A stretch of DNA of 64,000 bases from Stagnimonas sp. (lineage in GTDB: Bacteria > Pseudomonadota > Gammaproteobacteria > Nevskiales > Nevskiaceae). Position numbers and translations under genes: made by a program. This document shows positions 38,927-49,952 of this stretch, one piece after another. How positions within the stretch are numbered: position 1 is the stretch's first letter; each line of letters begins with the position of its first letter. The notes under the pieces were generated by a model that saw only the letters and a list, made by a program, of their open reading frames with translations, was not told the origin of the DNA and did not search any database. The stretch spans positions 3,402 through 67,401 of the forward strand of contig JBKJJE010000186.1 of the NCBI GenBank assembly GCA_046598075.1, given 5' to 3'.

Positions 38927-40246
38927 ATGGCCAGTGTCACTTCCGCAGGACTCGGTTCGGGGCTCGACGTCGCTTCCATCGTCAGTCAGCTGGTTGCCGC
39001 CGAGCGAGCGCCAGCCGACCAGCGGCTTGCCTCGGCAAAGAGCCAGGCCAAGATGCAGATCTCGGCACTGGCCGCATTCCGTTCCAGCATCGCCAACCTG
39101 AAGACCGCCGCTGAAGGTCTGAAGACCGGCGCCAACGCCGGCATCGGTGCCCTCACTGCAACGGCTGCCAGCACCGAGCTGTTCACCGCCAGTGCCGGCA
39201 ACGAGGCGGTGGCTGGCACCTACAGCGTCGAGGTGATCAGCCTCGCCGCGGCCAGCAAGCGGGCGAGCCAGGTGTTTGCCGGCGAGAACGCGGTGGTCGG
39301 CAGCGGCGATGTCGAAATCCGCGTTGGCAACGCGGCCTTCACCGTCAGCCTGGCGGATGGCGCCAATACCCTCGCGGACTTGCGCAGCCGCATCAACGCC
39401 GCGAGCGGCAACACCGGTGTCGGTGCCGCCATCGTCAGCGATGCCAGCGGCGCCCGGCTGTTGCTGACCAGCCGCGATACCGGCCTTGCGCATGCCTTGA
39501 CCGTGACCAGCAGCCTGATCACCACCACCGAAGTGCAGGCCGCCGCCGATGCCAGCATCAAGCTCGACGGCTTCAGCTACAGCAATGCCAGCAACCAGTT
39601 CAGCGGTGCGGTCGATGGCATCAGTTTCAGCCTGGCCAAGGCGGCACCGGGTACCACCACGACACTGACGGTGTCGCTCAACCAGTCGAGCGCGGTTGCC
39701 GCCGTGCAGAAGTTCGTTGCCGCCTACAACAGCGCCAACAGTTTCATCGTCTCGCAGAGCCGTTACGACAGCACCAGCAAGCAGGGCGGCACCTTGCTGG
39801 GTGATTCCACGATACTGGGCGCCAGCCAGCGCCTGCGCGGCATCGCCGGCGGCACGGTCGCTGACGCCGGGGCGTTCGCGACACTCTCGCAGCTGGGGAT
39901 CAAGGCCGGCACCGATGGCACCCTGACGCTCGATTCCGCCAAGCTCACCAGCGCGCTCGGCAGCGATTTCGCTGCGGTACAGAAGCTGCTCGGCGGCGAC
40001 AACGGCATTGCCACCCAGCTGGTGCGCTACACCGGGGGACTGCTGGACAGTGGCGGCCAGCTGCAGGGAAAGACCGAAGGCCTGAACGCGCGGCTCGCCA
40101 GCATCGGCAAGGATCAGGCGGTGGTTGATCGCCGCATCGATGCCTACCGGGTGCGCATCTCCGCGCAGTTCACCTCGCTGGATTCACTGGTCAGCCGCCT
40201 GAAGACGACCAGCGACTACCTGACCCAGCAGCTGTCGAGGCTGTGA
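38927..40246 (+). CDS. fliD: Flagellar filament cap FliD
   Basis: SAGLGSGLDVASIVSQLVAAER, QFTSLDSLVSRL. Confidence 0.95.
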   Translation: MASVTSAGLGSGLDVASIVSQLVAAERAPADQRLASAKSQAKMQISALAAFRSSIANLKTAAEGLKTGANAGIGALTATAASTELFTASAGNEAVAGTYSVEVISLAAASKRASQVFAGENAVVGSGDVEIRVGNAAFTVSLADGANTLADLRSRINAASGNTGVGAAIVSDASGARLLLTSRDTGLAHALTVTSSLITTTEVQAAADASIKLDGFSYSNASNQFSGAVDGISFSLAKAAPGTTTTLTVSLNQSSAVAAVQKFVAAYNSANSFIVSQSRYDSTSKQGGTLLGDSTILGASQRLRGIAGGTVADAGAFATLSQLGIKAGTDGTLTLDSAKLTSALGSDFAAVQKLLGGDNGIATQLVRYTGGLLDSGGQLQGKTEGLNARLASIGKDQAVVDRRIDAYRVRISAQFTSLDSLVSRLKTTSDYLTQQLSRL

Positions 40247-40263
40247 TTTTTTTCATCGAGGGG

Positions 40264-40290
40264 TGCAGCTTGCGGATTTTCTGCCGTTAT
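40264..40290 (+). promoter_or_regulatory. Possible sigma28 promoter for fliS
   Basis: TGCA-N15-GCCGTTAT, with a weak -35. Confidence 0.35.
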
Positions 40291-40325
40291 CTGTCGGGAA
40301 CCCGCCAATCCCCAAGGAGAACCCA

Positions 40326-40727
40326 ATGGCCGCCCAATACCTGAACGCCGCCATGACCAGCTACCGTCAGGTGGTCAACGCCGGGGCGCTTGAAACCGAT
40401 CCGCAGAAGCTGATCGAGATGCTGCTCGCCGGCGTGATCGACCGGCTCGCCAATGCGCGCAACAGCATGTTGCGCAGCGAGCGGGCACAGAAGCTGCATT
40501 ACCTGAGTTCAGCCATCTCGATCATCGAACACCTGCGGCTGGTGGTGGATGTGCAGGCGGGCGGCGAGATCGCCAGCAATCTGGTGCGGCTCTACGAGTA
40601 CATGCTGCGCCGTCTGGCCGCCGCCAATGCCAGTGACGATGTCGCCGTAGTCGATGAAGTCACCGGCCTGCTGCGTGCCATCAAGAGTGCCTGGGACTGC
40701 CTGCCGGCGACGGCAACCCGGCACTGA
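40326..40727 (+). CDS. fliS: Flagellin chaperone FliS
   Basis: DPQKLIEMLL, GGEIASNLVRLYEYM, IKSAW. Confidence 0.93.
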   Translation: MAAQYLNAAMTSYRQVVNAGALETDPQKLIEMLLAGVIDRLANARNSMLRSERAQKLHYLSSAISIIEHLRLVVDVQAGGEIASNLVRLYEYMLRRLAAANASDDVAVVDEVTGLLRAIKSAWDCLPATATRH

Positions 40728-40744
40728 CAACCGGAGTACAGGTG

Positions 40745-41341
40745 ATGAATACAGAGCGAGCCGGGCAGATGCCCTCGGATCAGCAAGCGGCCGCAGCCAG
40801 CGGCCCGCTGGAGGAGGCGCTCAGCTTCAAGGCGCTGCTGGTGGTGCAGTGGACGCCGCTGGCCGAGCTGCCGGACAGCAGCACGCTCGATCTCTACCAC
40901 GACGAAAATCTGCGCCTGCTCGGCATCGTGTCGCTGCTCAACGAACAGCGCAGCAGCTTCGTCGGCAGCGAGGATGCCAACACCCTCGAAGGCGAAGTGG
41001 CACGCCTGCACCAGAAGATGAACCTGGTGGCCGACCTGATGGCGACATTGATCAGCCAGCTGCTGCCCGGCGCGGCACCGGTCGCCGCCCAGCTGTCGTC
41101 GCTGGGCCTCTGCTGGCGCGCTGCCGCCGAGGGGGATCTCGGCCTGTTGAGCCTGCGCCTGCACAACAGCGTGCCGCAGCCTTTTGTCTGGCCTGCGCGC
41201 CGCATCGCATCCCATGACGGCTGGCAGCAGGCGCAGTTCGAGCCGCTCGGCGAAGCCTGCCAGGCGGCGCTGGAGCGGCATGTGTTCCTGCACCATCGCC
41301 GTGCCATCGCGGTCAAGCGCCGGCCGCTTCCGAAGCTCTGA
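40745..41341 (+). CDS. Atypical PilZ-like protein downstream of fliS
   Basis: EVARLHQKMNLVADLM, LSSLGLCW, LERHVFLHHRRAIA resemble the Xanthomonas-type post-fliS PilZ-like protein. There is no canonical RxxxR motif. Confidence 0.55.
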   Translation: MNTERAGQMPSDQQAAAASGPLEEALSFKALLVVQWTPLAELPDSSTLDLYHDENLRLLGIVSLLNEQRSSFVGSEDANTLEGEVARLHQKMNLVADLMATLISQLLPGAAPVAAQLSSLGLCWRAAAEGDLGLLSLRLHNSVPQPFVWPARRIASHDGWQQAQFEPLGEACQAALERHVFLHHRRAIAVKRRPLPKL

Positions 41342-41344
41342 TCA

Positions 41345-41363
41345 CGGCAGCAGAAAGCTGCCG
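41345..41363 (+). terminator. Hairpin after the PilZ-like gene
   Basis: CGGCAGC-AGAAA-GCTGCCG. Confidence 0.35.
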
Positions 41364-41606
41364 GCCCGGATTATTCCGCCGACAAATTGCTAGTGATCGC
41401 TAGCAATCACGACGACTGTTTTCCGTAATGAGCGAAGCCTCAGCAGAGACGCGATGAACGCTGTCGTTTGGCAGTCGAGCGGGTCACCAAACCAATTGTG
41501 AAAACCCTCTTCGCTGTCTCATTCTGTCTGCACAGGAAGCGAGGCAAATAAGTGATCGCTCCCGTCTCGAAGATTGCCACCGCCACGCAGACAACAGGGC
41601 CACACA

Positions 41607-43115
41607 ATGAAACCCGCAGTCAGGATCCATCAATCCGGCACGATCGCATTGACCCCCCAGTTGCTGCAGTCGATCCGCCTGTTGCAGCTCTCCGCGCAGG
41701 AGCTGGAACAGGAGGTCGAACAGGCGCTGGAGGACAACGTGCTGCTCGAGCGCGATGACGATGCCGCCGGCCAGCCGGAGCCGGCCGGTGCCGTCGATTT
41801 CGAAAGCTCCGCCGATGTCGATGCCGCCATCGCCGACTGCTCGCAGGAAGTGCCGGTGACGGGCTGCGATGCCGCTGCCATGGAGCGGGTGGAGGTCGAT
41901 TTCGACTGGAGCAGTGCCGACAGCTGGAGCGGTGGCGAGCCGGGCAGCGAAGGCGAGAGCCTGGAGGCAAGGCAACCGGCAGCAGTGGTCGAAGACGCCC
42001 GCATCGCGGCACTCGCGCAGCTGGACATCATCATCAGCGACCCACAGCAGTATCGACTGGCGGTGACGCTGATCGAGCACGTCGACGACAACGGCTATCT
42101 GGAATGCTCGCTGCAAGCCATCTTCGAGGGCCTGCCGCCGGACTGGCAGGTGCGCTTCGCCGATCTCGAAGCCGCGCTGCTGACCGTGCAGAGCGTCGAG
42201 CCGACCGGCTTCGCTGCCCGTGATCTGCGCGAGTGCCTGCTGCTGCAACTGCAGGCCCTGCCGGCCGGCATTTCCGGTCGCAACCTGGCCGAGCAGCTGG
42301 TTTCCGACCATCTGCCGCGGGTCGGTGCCCGCGAGTTCGCGGCGCTGCGCCGCGAGCTGGGCGCCAGCCAGGAGAAATTCATCCACGCGATGGAGCTGAT
42401 CCGCACTCTCGATCCCAAGCCCGGTGCATCGCGGCTGGAGCCCGCGCAGCCGGTGGTGCCGGACATCCTGGTCACCGGCTGCGACGGCAGCTGGAAAGTC
42501 GAACTCAATCCCGCCCAGCTGCCGAGGCTGCGCCTCAACAGCCATTACAGCCAGCTGCTGTCGGCGGGCGCACCCCATCGCGGCATGAGTGACCAGCTGC
42601 AGCAGGCGCGCTGGCTGGTGCGCGGGCTGCAGATGCGGCACGAGACGCTGCTGAAGACCACCCAGTTCATCTTCGAACGGCAGCGCGGTTTCTTGCGCAG
42701 CGGCGAGGAGGGCATGCTGCCGCTGACCTTGCGCGAGGTGGCCGAGGCCATCGCCATGCACGAGTCGACAATCTGCCGGGTCACCTCCAACAAGTTCGCG
42801 CAAACCCCCTGGGGGGTCTATGCGCTGAAGGATTTCTTTCCCAGCACCATCAGCCGCACCGATGCCAATGTGCCGGAGACTTCCGGCATCGCGGTGCGCG
42901 CGATGATCCGCCGCATCGTCGACAGCGAGCCGGCAGACGCGCCGCTCTGCGACGGCGCCATCACCGCGATCCTGCGGCGCAACGGCGTGGTGGTGGTGCG
43001 GCGTACCGTCGCCAAGTACCGGGAGGCGATGAAAATCGCGCCGGTGAAGACTCATCGCCGCGAACAGCAGGGCAGCAGCCGTTATTCCGCAGCCGCCATG
43101 GCGAGCGCCTCATGA
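41607..43115 (+). CDS. rpoN: RNA polymerase sigma54 factor (flagellar-cluster copy)
   Basis: LTPQLLQSIRLLQLS, EPTGFAARDLRECLLLQL, HESTICRV, RpoN box VRRTVAKYRE. Confidence 0.95.
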   Translation: MKPAVRIHQSGTIALTPQLLQSIRLLQLSAQELEQEVEQALEDNVLLERDDDAAGQPEPAGAVDFESSADVDAAIADCSQEVPVTGCDAAAMERVEVDFDWSSADSWSGGEPGSEGESLEARQPAAVVEDARIAALAQLDIIISDPQQYRLAVTLIEHVDDNGYLECSLQAIFEGLPPDWQVRFADLEAALLTVQSVEPTGFAARDLRECLLLQLQALPAGISGRNLAEQLVSDHLPRVGAREFAALRRELGASQEKFIHAMELIRTLDPKPGASRLEPAQPVVPDILVTGCDGSWKVELNPAQLPRLRLNSHYSQLLSAGAPHRGMSDQLQQARWLVRGLQMRHETLLKTTQFIFERQRGFLRSGEEGMLPLTLREVAEAIAMHESTICRVTSNKFAQTPWGVYALKDFFPSTISRTDANVPETSGIAVRAMIRRIVDSEPADAPLCDGAITAILRRNGVVVVRRTVAKYREAMKIAPVKTHRREQQGSSRYSAAAMASAS

Positions 43116-43175
43116 GATTTTCGAGGCGGTTGCCGGGTAGCACTTACCTTCACCAGATCCGAGGGGGAGTCACTC

Positions 43176-44726
43176 ATGGCTGAGTCTCGCGTGTTGTTGA
43201 TCGAGCAGGATGAGGAAGTCGCGGTCCGCCTGCAGGCGGTGTTGCGCTTCATCGATTACCAGGTGCTGCATGTCCGCTCCGCTGCCGAACTCGATCTCAC
43301 CGAACGCCGCCCGCAGGAATGGCTGGCGGTGATCGTCGGTCGCGCACCCGACACCGCCGCACTCGCCACCTTTGTCGGGTGGCTCAAACGCGACCGTTGC
43401 CATCCGCCGCTGCTGGTACCGCCGGCATTGCGCGAGCTGTTGTGCGAGCAGTTCCGGCTCGACGCCAGCGCCTGCCTGGCGCTGGAGCAGCCACCGCGCT
43501 ACGCCGAGCTCAACGAGCTGCTGCGCCGCGCCGGGCTGGTGCGGATGGGCCAGGAAACCTCGTTCAGCCGCCACTCCGGGCCGACCGGAAACTCGCAGCC
43601 GATCCGCAGCCTGCGGCGGATGATCGAGCGGGTGGCTGCCCATGAGACCACGGTGCTGATCACTGGCGAATCCGGCACCGGCAAGGAGGTTGCCGCCCGC
43701 GCGCTGCACGACCAGTCGCAGCGCCGCGACAAGCCTTTTGTCGCCATCAACTGCGGCGCGATTCCGGCGGAACTGCTGGAGAGCGAGCTGTTCGGGCACG
43801 AGAAGGGGGCCTTCACCGGTGCCATCACCGCCCGCAAGGGCCGCTTCGAGATCGCCGACGGCGGCACCCTGTTTCTCGACGAAATCGGCGACATGAGCCT
43901 GCCGATGCAGGTGAAGATCCTGCGCGTGTTGCAGGAGCGCAGCTACGAGCGCGTCGGCTCCAGCCGCAGCCTGCACTGCGATGTCCGCATCATCGCCGCC
44001 ACCCATCGCAATCTCGAGGAGTCGATCAGCAAGGGCAGTTTCCGCGAGGACCTGTTCTACCGGCTCAACGTGTTCCCGATCGAGATGCCGCCCCTGCGCG
44101 AGCGGCTGGATGATCTGCCGCTGCTGGTCGCCAGCCTGAGCGCCAGCCTGCAGGCCAGCGGCAGAAGCTCGGCACAGCTTGCCCCGGAAACCCTGCACGC
44201 GCTGCGCGGCTATCGCTGGCCGGGCAATGTGCGCGAGCTGTCGAACATCATCGAGCGGCTGGCGGTGCTGCATGCCGGCGAGGTGGTGATGCCGACGGAC
44301 CTGCCACAACGCTATCGCCAGCATCTACTGGCGACGGCCGCCGAGCACGACCCCGCAGAGACCCAGCCGACGGCGAGCGTGCTGGCGCTGTTCGCGGCGA
44401 GTGCCGATGGCGCCGCCGCAGCAGCGACAGCAATGCCATCACCGGCCGTGGCCAGCAAGCAGGAGGCGCCGGTGCTGCTCGATGCCGCGGTGCTGCCCAA
44501 GGAGGGCGTCAACCTGAAGGACCGCATCGAGACCATCGAGCTGGCGCTGATCCGCCAGGCGCTGGAGAAAGCCGACGGCGTGGTCGCCCACGCCGCGCGC
44601 CTGCTGGGCACCCACCGCACTACGCTGGTGGAAAAGCTCCGCAAGTACGGCCTGCAACGCGAGGATGCGCGCGATGATCGCGGCGATGCCCTGGGTGGTG
44701 CGCGGGAGCAGGTGGGTTTTGCCTGA
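43176..44726 (+). CDS. fleQ: sigma54-dependent flagellar master regulator, FleQ-type
   Basis: Degenerate receiver-like N-terminus, [21 protein letters not shown], and a C-terminal Fis-type HTH. It lies next to rpoN in the flagellar cluster. Confidence 0.88.
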   Translation: MAESRVLLIEQDEEVAVRLQAVLRFIDYQVLHVRSAAELDLTERRPQEWLAVIVGRAPDTAALATFVGWLKRDRCHPPLLVPPALRELLCEQFRLDASACLALEQPPRYAELNELLRRAGLVRMGQETSFSRHSGPTGNSQPIRSLRRMIERVAAHETTVLITGESGTGKEVAARALHDQSQRRDKPFVAINCGAIPAELLESELFGHEKGAFTGAITARKGRFEIADGGTLFLDEIGDMSLPMQVKILRVLQERSYERVGSSRSLHCDVRIIAATHRNLEESISKGSFREDLFYRLNVFPIEMPPLRERLDDLPLLVASLSASLQASGRSSAQLAPETLHALRGYRWPGNVRELSNIIERLAVLHAGEVVMPTDLPQRYRQHLLATAAEHDPAETQPTASVLALFAASADGAAAAATAMPSPAVASKQEAPVLLDAAVLPKEGVNLKDRIETIELALIRQALEKADGVVAHAARLLGTHRTTLVEKLRKYGLQREDARDDRGDALGGAREQVGFA

Positions 44727-44747
44727 GCGTCGCTGAGCGCATTGCCG

Positions 44748-44770
44748 GCCCGCCAGAGTGCGGGCTTTTT
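44748..44770 (+). terminator. Intrinsic terminator after fleQ
   Basis: GCCCGC-CAGAGT-GCGGGC-TTTTT. Confidence 0.75.
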
Positions 44771-44906
44771 GCTGGCTGGCGTCTGGTTCTGGAGCGTCAG
44801 AAACCGGGCATCCGCCGCCGCCGGTCCGCGCTGCGACACGCCGACGGAAACCGGACACTGCTGATCGCGTCTGGCCTGCGCCAACGGCGATCAGCGCCGC
44901 CACCGC

Positions 44907-44922
44907 AGGAACAGGTCTTGCC
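44907..44922 (+). promoter_or_regulatory. sigma54-type promoter for the fliE operon
   Basis: AGGAAC-AGGTC-TTGCC. Confidence 0.55.
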
Positions 44923-44969
44923 TAGGCACCGGTATCCACATCCCGATCCCGATGCAGGTGCTGCGACCC

Positions 44970-45287
44970 ATGAACACCATCGACGTCAACAACGTGCTCG
45001 CGCAAATCCGCTCGCTGCGCGCACAGACCGGTGCCGCCATCGACCCGCAGCCGGTGGCTGCCGATCAGGGCTTTGCCGGCATGCTGAAAAACTCCCTCGA
45101 CGGCGTCAATCGCGCGCAGGGGGTGGCGGTGCAGCAGCAGCAGGCTTTTGAACTGGGCGATCCCAAGACCGACCTCGCCAGCGTGATGCTGGCCAGCAGC
45201 AAGGCGCAGGTTTCGTTCCGGGCGCTGGTGGAGGTCCGCAACCGCCTGGTTTCGGCCTACCAGGACGTCATGAACATGCCGTTGTGA
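44970..45287 (+). CDS. fliE: Hook-basal body protein FliE
   Basis: DLASVMLASSKAQVSF...VRNRLVSAYQDVMNMPL. Confidence 0.95.
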   Translation: MNTIDVNNVLAQIRSLRAQTGAAIDPQPVAADQGFAGMLKNSLDGVNRAQGVAVQQQQAFELGDPKTDLASVMLASSKAQVSFRALVEVRNRLVSAYQDVMNMPL

Positions 45288-45303
45288 GCACCGACTAGAC
45301 GCC

Positions 45304-46968
45304 ATGGCCCTGCCCAATCCCGTAGCGCATCACCAGACCCTGCCGCCGGCATGGGGCAATCTGCACACGCTCAGGCAACTGCCGATCGTGCGCCAGCTGT
45401 TGCTGCTGCTGGGACTGGCTGCGGCCATCGCCGCCGGCATCGCGCTGTTCTCCTGGGCGCAGCAGCCCGGCTTCACGCCGCTGTACGGCAATCTCGGTGA
45501 GAAGGACTCGGCGGAAGTCGCCGATGCGCTGCGCACCGCCGGCATCGAGTACCGGCTCGATCCGGGCAACGGCGCGGTGACCGTGCCGCAAAGCAAGCTG
45601 CACGAGGCACGCTTGCGGCTGGCCTCGGCAGGACTGCCCAAGGGAGCGGCGCTGGGGATGGAAATGATCCAGCAGGAGCAGGGTTTCGGCACCAGCCAGT
45701 TCATCGAGGTCGCGCGTTACCAGCTGGCACTGGAAACCGAGCTGGCGCGCACCGTCTCCAGCCTGATGGCGGTCAAGGGCGCGAGAGTGCACCTGGCCTT
45801 GCCCAAGCCCTCGGCGTTTGCGCGCAATCGTGAACAGGCCAGCGCCTCGGTGCTGCTGGAACTGCACCAGGGCCGCACGCTGGAAGCCGGTCAGGTCGCT
45901 TCTATCGTCCACATCGTCGCCTCCAGCGTGCCCAACCTGCCGTCGACGGCGGTGACGGTCAGCGACCAGTACGGCCATCTGCTGACCGCCGACGACAGCA
46001 ATAGCGAGATCGCCCAGTCGGGCGAACAGCTGGCCCAGCGCCAGCGCATCGAGGCCGACTACGTGCGGCGCATCGAGCAGCTGCTGGCGCCGATGATGGG
46101 GCCGGGGCGGATCAGTGCACAGGTCACCGCCGACGTCGATTTCTCGGTAACCGAAGAAGCGCGCGAAGCCTACAAGCCCAATCCGGCCGCCATCCGCAGT
46201 GAGCAGACTGCCGAAGAAAACCTGCCTGCTGCCGCGGCTGCCCAGGGTGTGCCGGGGGCCACCAGCAACCAGCCGCCGGGTGCAGCGCAGGCCGTGCCAT
46301 TGCAGACCGCAGCCAGCCTGCCGGCGGCAGCCGGCGAACCGCAGGCCGCGCTCGCCCAGAGCCGCAACAGCACCCGCAACTACGAACTCGACAAGACCGT
46401 CAGCCATACCCGCAAGGGTACCGGACAGGTGCGACGGCTGTCGGTCGCGGTGCTGGTCGACCATCTGCCGCGGACCGACGACAAGGGGCTGGTGAGCCGC
46501 GTCGCGCTGACGCCCGAACAGCTGGCCTCGGTGCAGGCGCTGGTACGCGAGGCTGTCGGTTTCGATGTCCAGCGCGGTGACAGCATCAGCGTCCAGAACG
46601 CCGCGTTCCTGCAGGCCGAGCCGGTGGCAGTCGCGCCGCTGGCGGTCTGGCAGCAGCCGGCGGCGCGTGATCTTGCCCGTCAGGGGCTGGGTGCGGCGGT
46701 ATTGCTGGTGCTGGTGCTGGCGGTGTTGCGGCCGCTGATGCGCAGCCTGGTCAGCCCGGCTGCCGGCAGCGCCCTGGTCGATTCCGAGCTGCCAGCGCTG
46801 CAGGCACAGACTGCCCAGCAGGCCAGTGCAGCCCTTGCCGAGCAGGATGCCGAGCTGGCGGTGGTGGTGCCCAAGGTCTACGAACAAAAACTGGTACTGG
46901 CGCGCAATGCAGTGGCCCAGGACCCCAAACGTGTTGCCCAGGTCGTCAAGACCTGGATCGGAGCCTGA
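45304..46968 (+). CDS. fliF: MS-ring protein FliF
   Basis: RLRLASAGLPKG, ALETELARTV, ARVHLALPK, RNYELDKT. Confidence 0.96.
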   Translation: MALPNPVAHHQTLPPAWGNLHTLRQLPIVRQLLLLLGLAAAIAAGIALFSWAQQPGFTPLYGNLGEKDSAEVADALRTAGIEYRLDPGNGAVTVPQSKLHEARLRLASAGLPKGAALGMEMIQQEQGFGTSQFIEVARYQLALETELARTVSSLMAVKGARVHLALPKPSAFARNREQASASVLLELHQGRTLEAGQVASIVHIVASSVPNLPSTAVTVSDQYGHLLTADDSNSEIAQSGEQLAQRQRIEADYVRRIEQLLAPMMGPGRISAQVTADVDFSVTEEAREAYKPNPAAIRSEQTAEENLPAAAAAQGVPGATSNQPPGAAQAVPLQTAASLPAAAGEPQAALAQSRNSTRNYELDKTVSHTRKGTGQVRRLSVAVLVDHLPRTDDKGLVSRVALTPEQLASVQALVREAVGFDVQRGDSISVQNAAFLQAEPVAVAPLAVWQQPAARDLARQGLGAAVLLVLVLAVLRPLMRSLVSPAAGSALVDSELPALQAQTAQQASAALAEQDAELAVVVPKVYEQKLVLARNAVAQDPKRVAQVVKTWIGA

Positions 46969-46970
46969 CC

Positions 46971-47987
46971 ATGACCGCTGCCACCGCCGCGGCGGACGCC
47001 AGCAACGGCGCCGAGCGCGCGGCGATCCTGCTGATGTCGCTGGGCGAGGCCGAGGCCTCCGAGGTGCTCAAGCACATGGGTGCCAAGGACGTGCAGAAGC
47101 TGGGGCAGGCGATGGCCGTGCTCAGCAATGTCTCGCGCGAGCGCGCCACCGAGGTGATCGAGCGTTTCGTCGAGGAGCTCGACAGCCAGACCTCGCTCGG
47201 CGTCGGTGCCGACGAGTACGTCCGGCGGGTGCTGGTGGGTGCCCTGGGCCAGGACAAGGCCAGTGGCCTGATCGACCGCATCCTGCTCGGCCGCAACAGC
47301 AAGGGCCTGGAGGCGCTGAAGTGGATGGAAACCCGCGCCGTCGCCGATCTGGTGCGCAACGAGCACCCGCAGATCGTCGCCATCGTGCTGGCGTATCTGG
47401 ATCCCGACCAGGCTGCCGAAGTGCTGGCCCTGCTGCCCGACCGCATGCGCAGCGATGTGCTGATGCGGATCGCCCGGCTGGATGGCATCCAGCCGGCGGC
47501 GCTGCGCGAGCTGGACGAAATCATGGAGCGCCAGTTCTCCGGCAGCAACAACCTGAAATCCTCGAGTGTGGGCGGCGTCAAGGTTGCCGCCAGCATTCTC
47601 AATCTGATGGACTCGACCAGCGAGAGCCAGATCATCGGCCGCATCAACGAGGCCGACGATGCGCTTGGTCAGCGCATCCAGGACCTGATGTTCGTGTTCG
47701 ACAACCTCGGCGATCTCGAGGACCGCGCCGTGCAGACCCTGCTCCGCGAGGTGGCCACCGACCAGCTGGGCCTGGCGCTGAAGGGTGCCGATCCGCGCAT
47801 CCGCGACAAGTTCCTGACCAACATGTCCAAACGCGCTTCCGAAATGATGGTGGAGGACATGGAAGCCAAGGGTCCGGTGCGGCTCGCCGACGTCGAGGTG
47901 GCGCAGAAGGAGATTCTCGCCATCGCCCGCCGGCTGAGCGAATCCGGCGAGATCAGCCTGGGCGGCAAGGGAGAGGAGTTTGTCTAG
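46971..47987 (+). CDS. fliG: Motor switch protein FliG
   Basis: AAILLMSLGE, EHPQIVAIVL, MFVFDNL, MSKRA. Confidence 0.97.
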   Translation: MTAATAAADASNGAERAAILLMSLGEAEASEVLKHMGAKDVQKLGQAMAVLSNVSRERATEVIERFVEELDSQTSLGVGADEYVRRVLVGALGQDKASGLIDRILLGRNSKGLEALKWMETRAVADLVRNEHPQIVAIVLAYLDPDQAAEVLALLPDRMRSDVLMRIARLDGIQPAALRELDEIMERQFSGSNNLKSSSVGGVKVAASILNLMDSTSESQIIGRINEADDALGQRIQDLMFVFDNLGDLEDRAVQTLLREVATDQLGLALKGADPRIRDKFLTNMSKRASEMMVEDMEAKGPVRLADVEVAQKEILAIARRLSESGEISLGGKGEEFV

Positions 47988-48597
47988 CTACATCACCGCC
48001 AACTCCGCCGGCAGCGCGCTGCGCTGGGACCTGCCGGTATTCGAGTCCGAGCGAGTGCCGCCTCCGCCGCCGCACAGTGCGCGACATCTCGATGCGCTCG
48101 AACAGCAGGCCTACGAAGACGGCCATGCGCGCGGCTTTCTCGAAGGCCGCGCCCAGGGCAGGGCCGCCGAGAGTGCCCGCCTCAGTGAGCAGACCGAACG
48201 GCTGAAGGCGATCTGCGATCACCTGGCACGTCCGCTGCACGAGCTGGATGCCGGTGTCGAGCGCCTGCTGCTGGCACTGGCCGTCGAGGTCGGCACCCAG
48301 CTGGCGATCGAGGCACTGACAGTGGAACCCGAAAGAGTCGCCGGCATCGTGCGCCAGGCCGTCGCTGCCCTGACGCCGGCCCGACCGGGTCTGAGCATCC
48401 ACCTGCATCCCGCTGACCTTGCTTTGCTCAAGGACACTCTGGAGCTGCCCACCGAAGCCGGTGACTGGCACCTGGCAGCCGATTCCGCGCTGCGTCGCGG
48501 CGACTGCCTGGTGGTCACCGACCGGGCATGCGTCGATGCCCGGCTCGACACCCGCGCTGCCAGTCTGGCGCAGGCCCTGCTCGGCGAGCGCCACTAG
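47980..48597 (+). CDS. fliH: Flagellar assembly protein FliH
   Basis: [13 protein letters not shown] (GxxxG repeats), [17 protein letters not shown]. Confidence 0.88.
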   Translation: MSSYITANSAGSALRWDLPVFESERVPPPPPHSARHLDALEQQAYEDGHARGFLEGRAQGRAAESARLSEQTERLKAICDHLARPLHELDAGVERLLLALAVEVGTQLAIEALTVEPERVAGIVRQAVAALTPARPGLSIHLHPADLALLKDTLELPTEAGDWHLAADSALRRGDCLVVTDRACVDARLDTRAASLAQALLGERH

Positions 48598-49949
48598 TGC
48601 CCGGCGAACTCGCCACTGCCCGCGACCAGAGGCTGTCCGCGCTGCTGACCAAGGCCCGCGCGCAGCTGCCGGTCACCCGCTCCGTGGTGGTCGAGGGCCT
48701 GCTGAAGCAGGTCGTCGGCCTACGGCTGGAAGCCAGCGGTTGTCAGGCACAGATCGGCAGTCGCTGCCAGGTGGTGAACGCCGATGGCGGCACGGTGGAG
48801 GCCGAGGTGGTGGGGTTTTCCGGCGAGCGAACCTATCTGATGCCGACCGGCGAAATGCACGGTCTGCTGCCCAATGCCCGCGTCATCCCCATGCCCAGGT
48901 TGCCGCAGATACCGGTGGGCGAGGGTCTGCTGGGCCGGGTGCTGGACGGCTCGGGCGAGCCCCTCGACGGGCGTGGACGCCTGCACTGCGAGCGTCGCAG
49001 CCAGAGCATGCACGCCATCAACCCGCTGCTGCGCGCACCGATCACCCAGCCGATGGATGTCGGGGTGCGCGCGATCAATGCCCTGCTGACCGTCGGCCGC
49101 GGCCAGCGGCTAGGCCTGTTCGCGGGTACCGGCGTTGGCAAGTCCACCCTGCTGGGCATGATGACGCGCTATACCCAGGCCGATGTCATCGTCGTCGGAC
49201 TGGTCGGCGAACGCGGCCGCGAGGTGCGCGACTTCATCGACCATGAGTTGGGGCCTGCGGCGCTCGCGCGTGCGGTAGTGGTGGCCACGCCATCCGATCG
49301 CTCGCCGCTGCTGCGGGTGCGCGGCGCCTGGCTGGCGACCGCGATTGCCGAGAGTTTTCGCGATCAGGGCAAGCATGTGCTGCTGCTGATGGATTCGCTG
49401 ACCCGCTTCGTGCAGGCGCAGCGCGAGATCGGGCTGGCAGTGGGCGAGCCGCCGGCGACCCGCGGCTATCCGGCTTCGGCCTTCGCCCAGCTGCCGCGAC
49501 TGATCGAGCGGGCCGGCAACGGCCTCGACGGGCAGGGCTCGATCACCGCCTTCTACACCGTGCTGGCCGAAGGCGATGACCAGAACGATCCGGTTGCCGA
49601 CGCCGCGCGCGGCATTCTCGATGGCCACATCGTGCTCTCCCGCAGCATCGCCGAGTCCGGCATCTATCCGGCCATCGATGTCGAGGCATCGATCTCGCGG
49701 GTTGCCCATGACGTCACCGATGCCGCGCAGCAGCAGCAGGTGCGGCGCTTCAAGCAGCTGTATTCCGCGTATCAGCGCAATCGCGACCTGATCAACATCG
49801 GTGCCTATCAGCGCGGGGCAGACCCGCGGGTGGATGCGGCGCTGGCGCTGTGGCCGCGCATCGAGGCTTTTCTGCGTCAGGACGTCAATGATCGCTCTGC
49901 CCATGCCGCCAGCATGGCGGCGCTGAGCCAACTATTTCCGGAGGGATGA
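48597..49949 (+). CDS. fliI: Flagellar export ATPase FliI
   Basis: GTG start overlapping the fliH stop, [37 protein letters not shown]. Confidence 0.96.
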   Translation: MPGELATARDQRLSALLTKARAQLPVTRSVVVEGLLKQVVGLRLEASGCQAQIGSRCQVVNADGGTVEAEVVGFSGERTYLMPTGEMHGLLPNARVIPMPRLPQIPVGEGLLGRVLDGSGEPLDGRGRLHCERRSQSMHAINPLLRAPITQPMDVGVRAINALLTVGRGQRLGLFAGTGVGKSTLLGMMTRYTQADVIVVGLVGERGREVRDFIDHELGPAALARAVVVATPSDRSPLLRVRGAWLATAIAESFRDQGKHVLLLMDSLTRFVQAQREIGLAVGEPPATRGYPASAFAQLPRLIERAGNGLDGQGSITAFYTVLAEGDDQNDPVADAARGILDGHIVLSRSIAESGIYPAIDVEASISRVAHDVTDAAQQQQVRRFKQLYSAYQRNRDLINIGAYQRGADPRVDAALALWPRIEAFLRQDVNDRSAHAASMAALSQLFPEG

Positions 49950-49952
49950 ACC

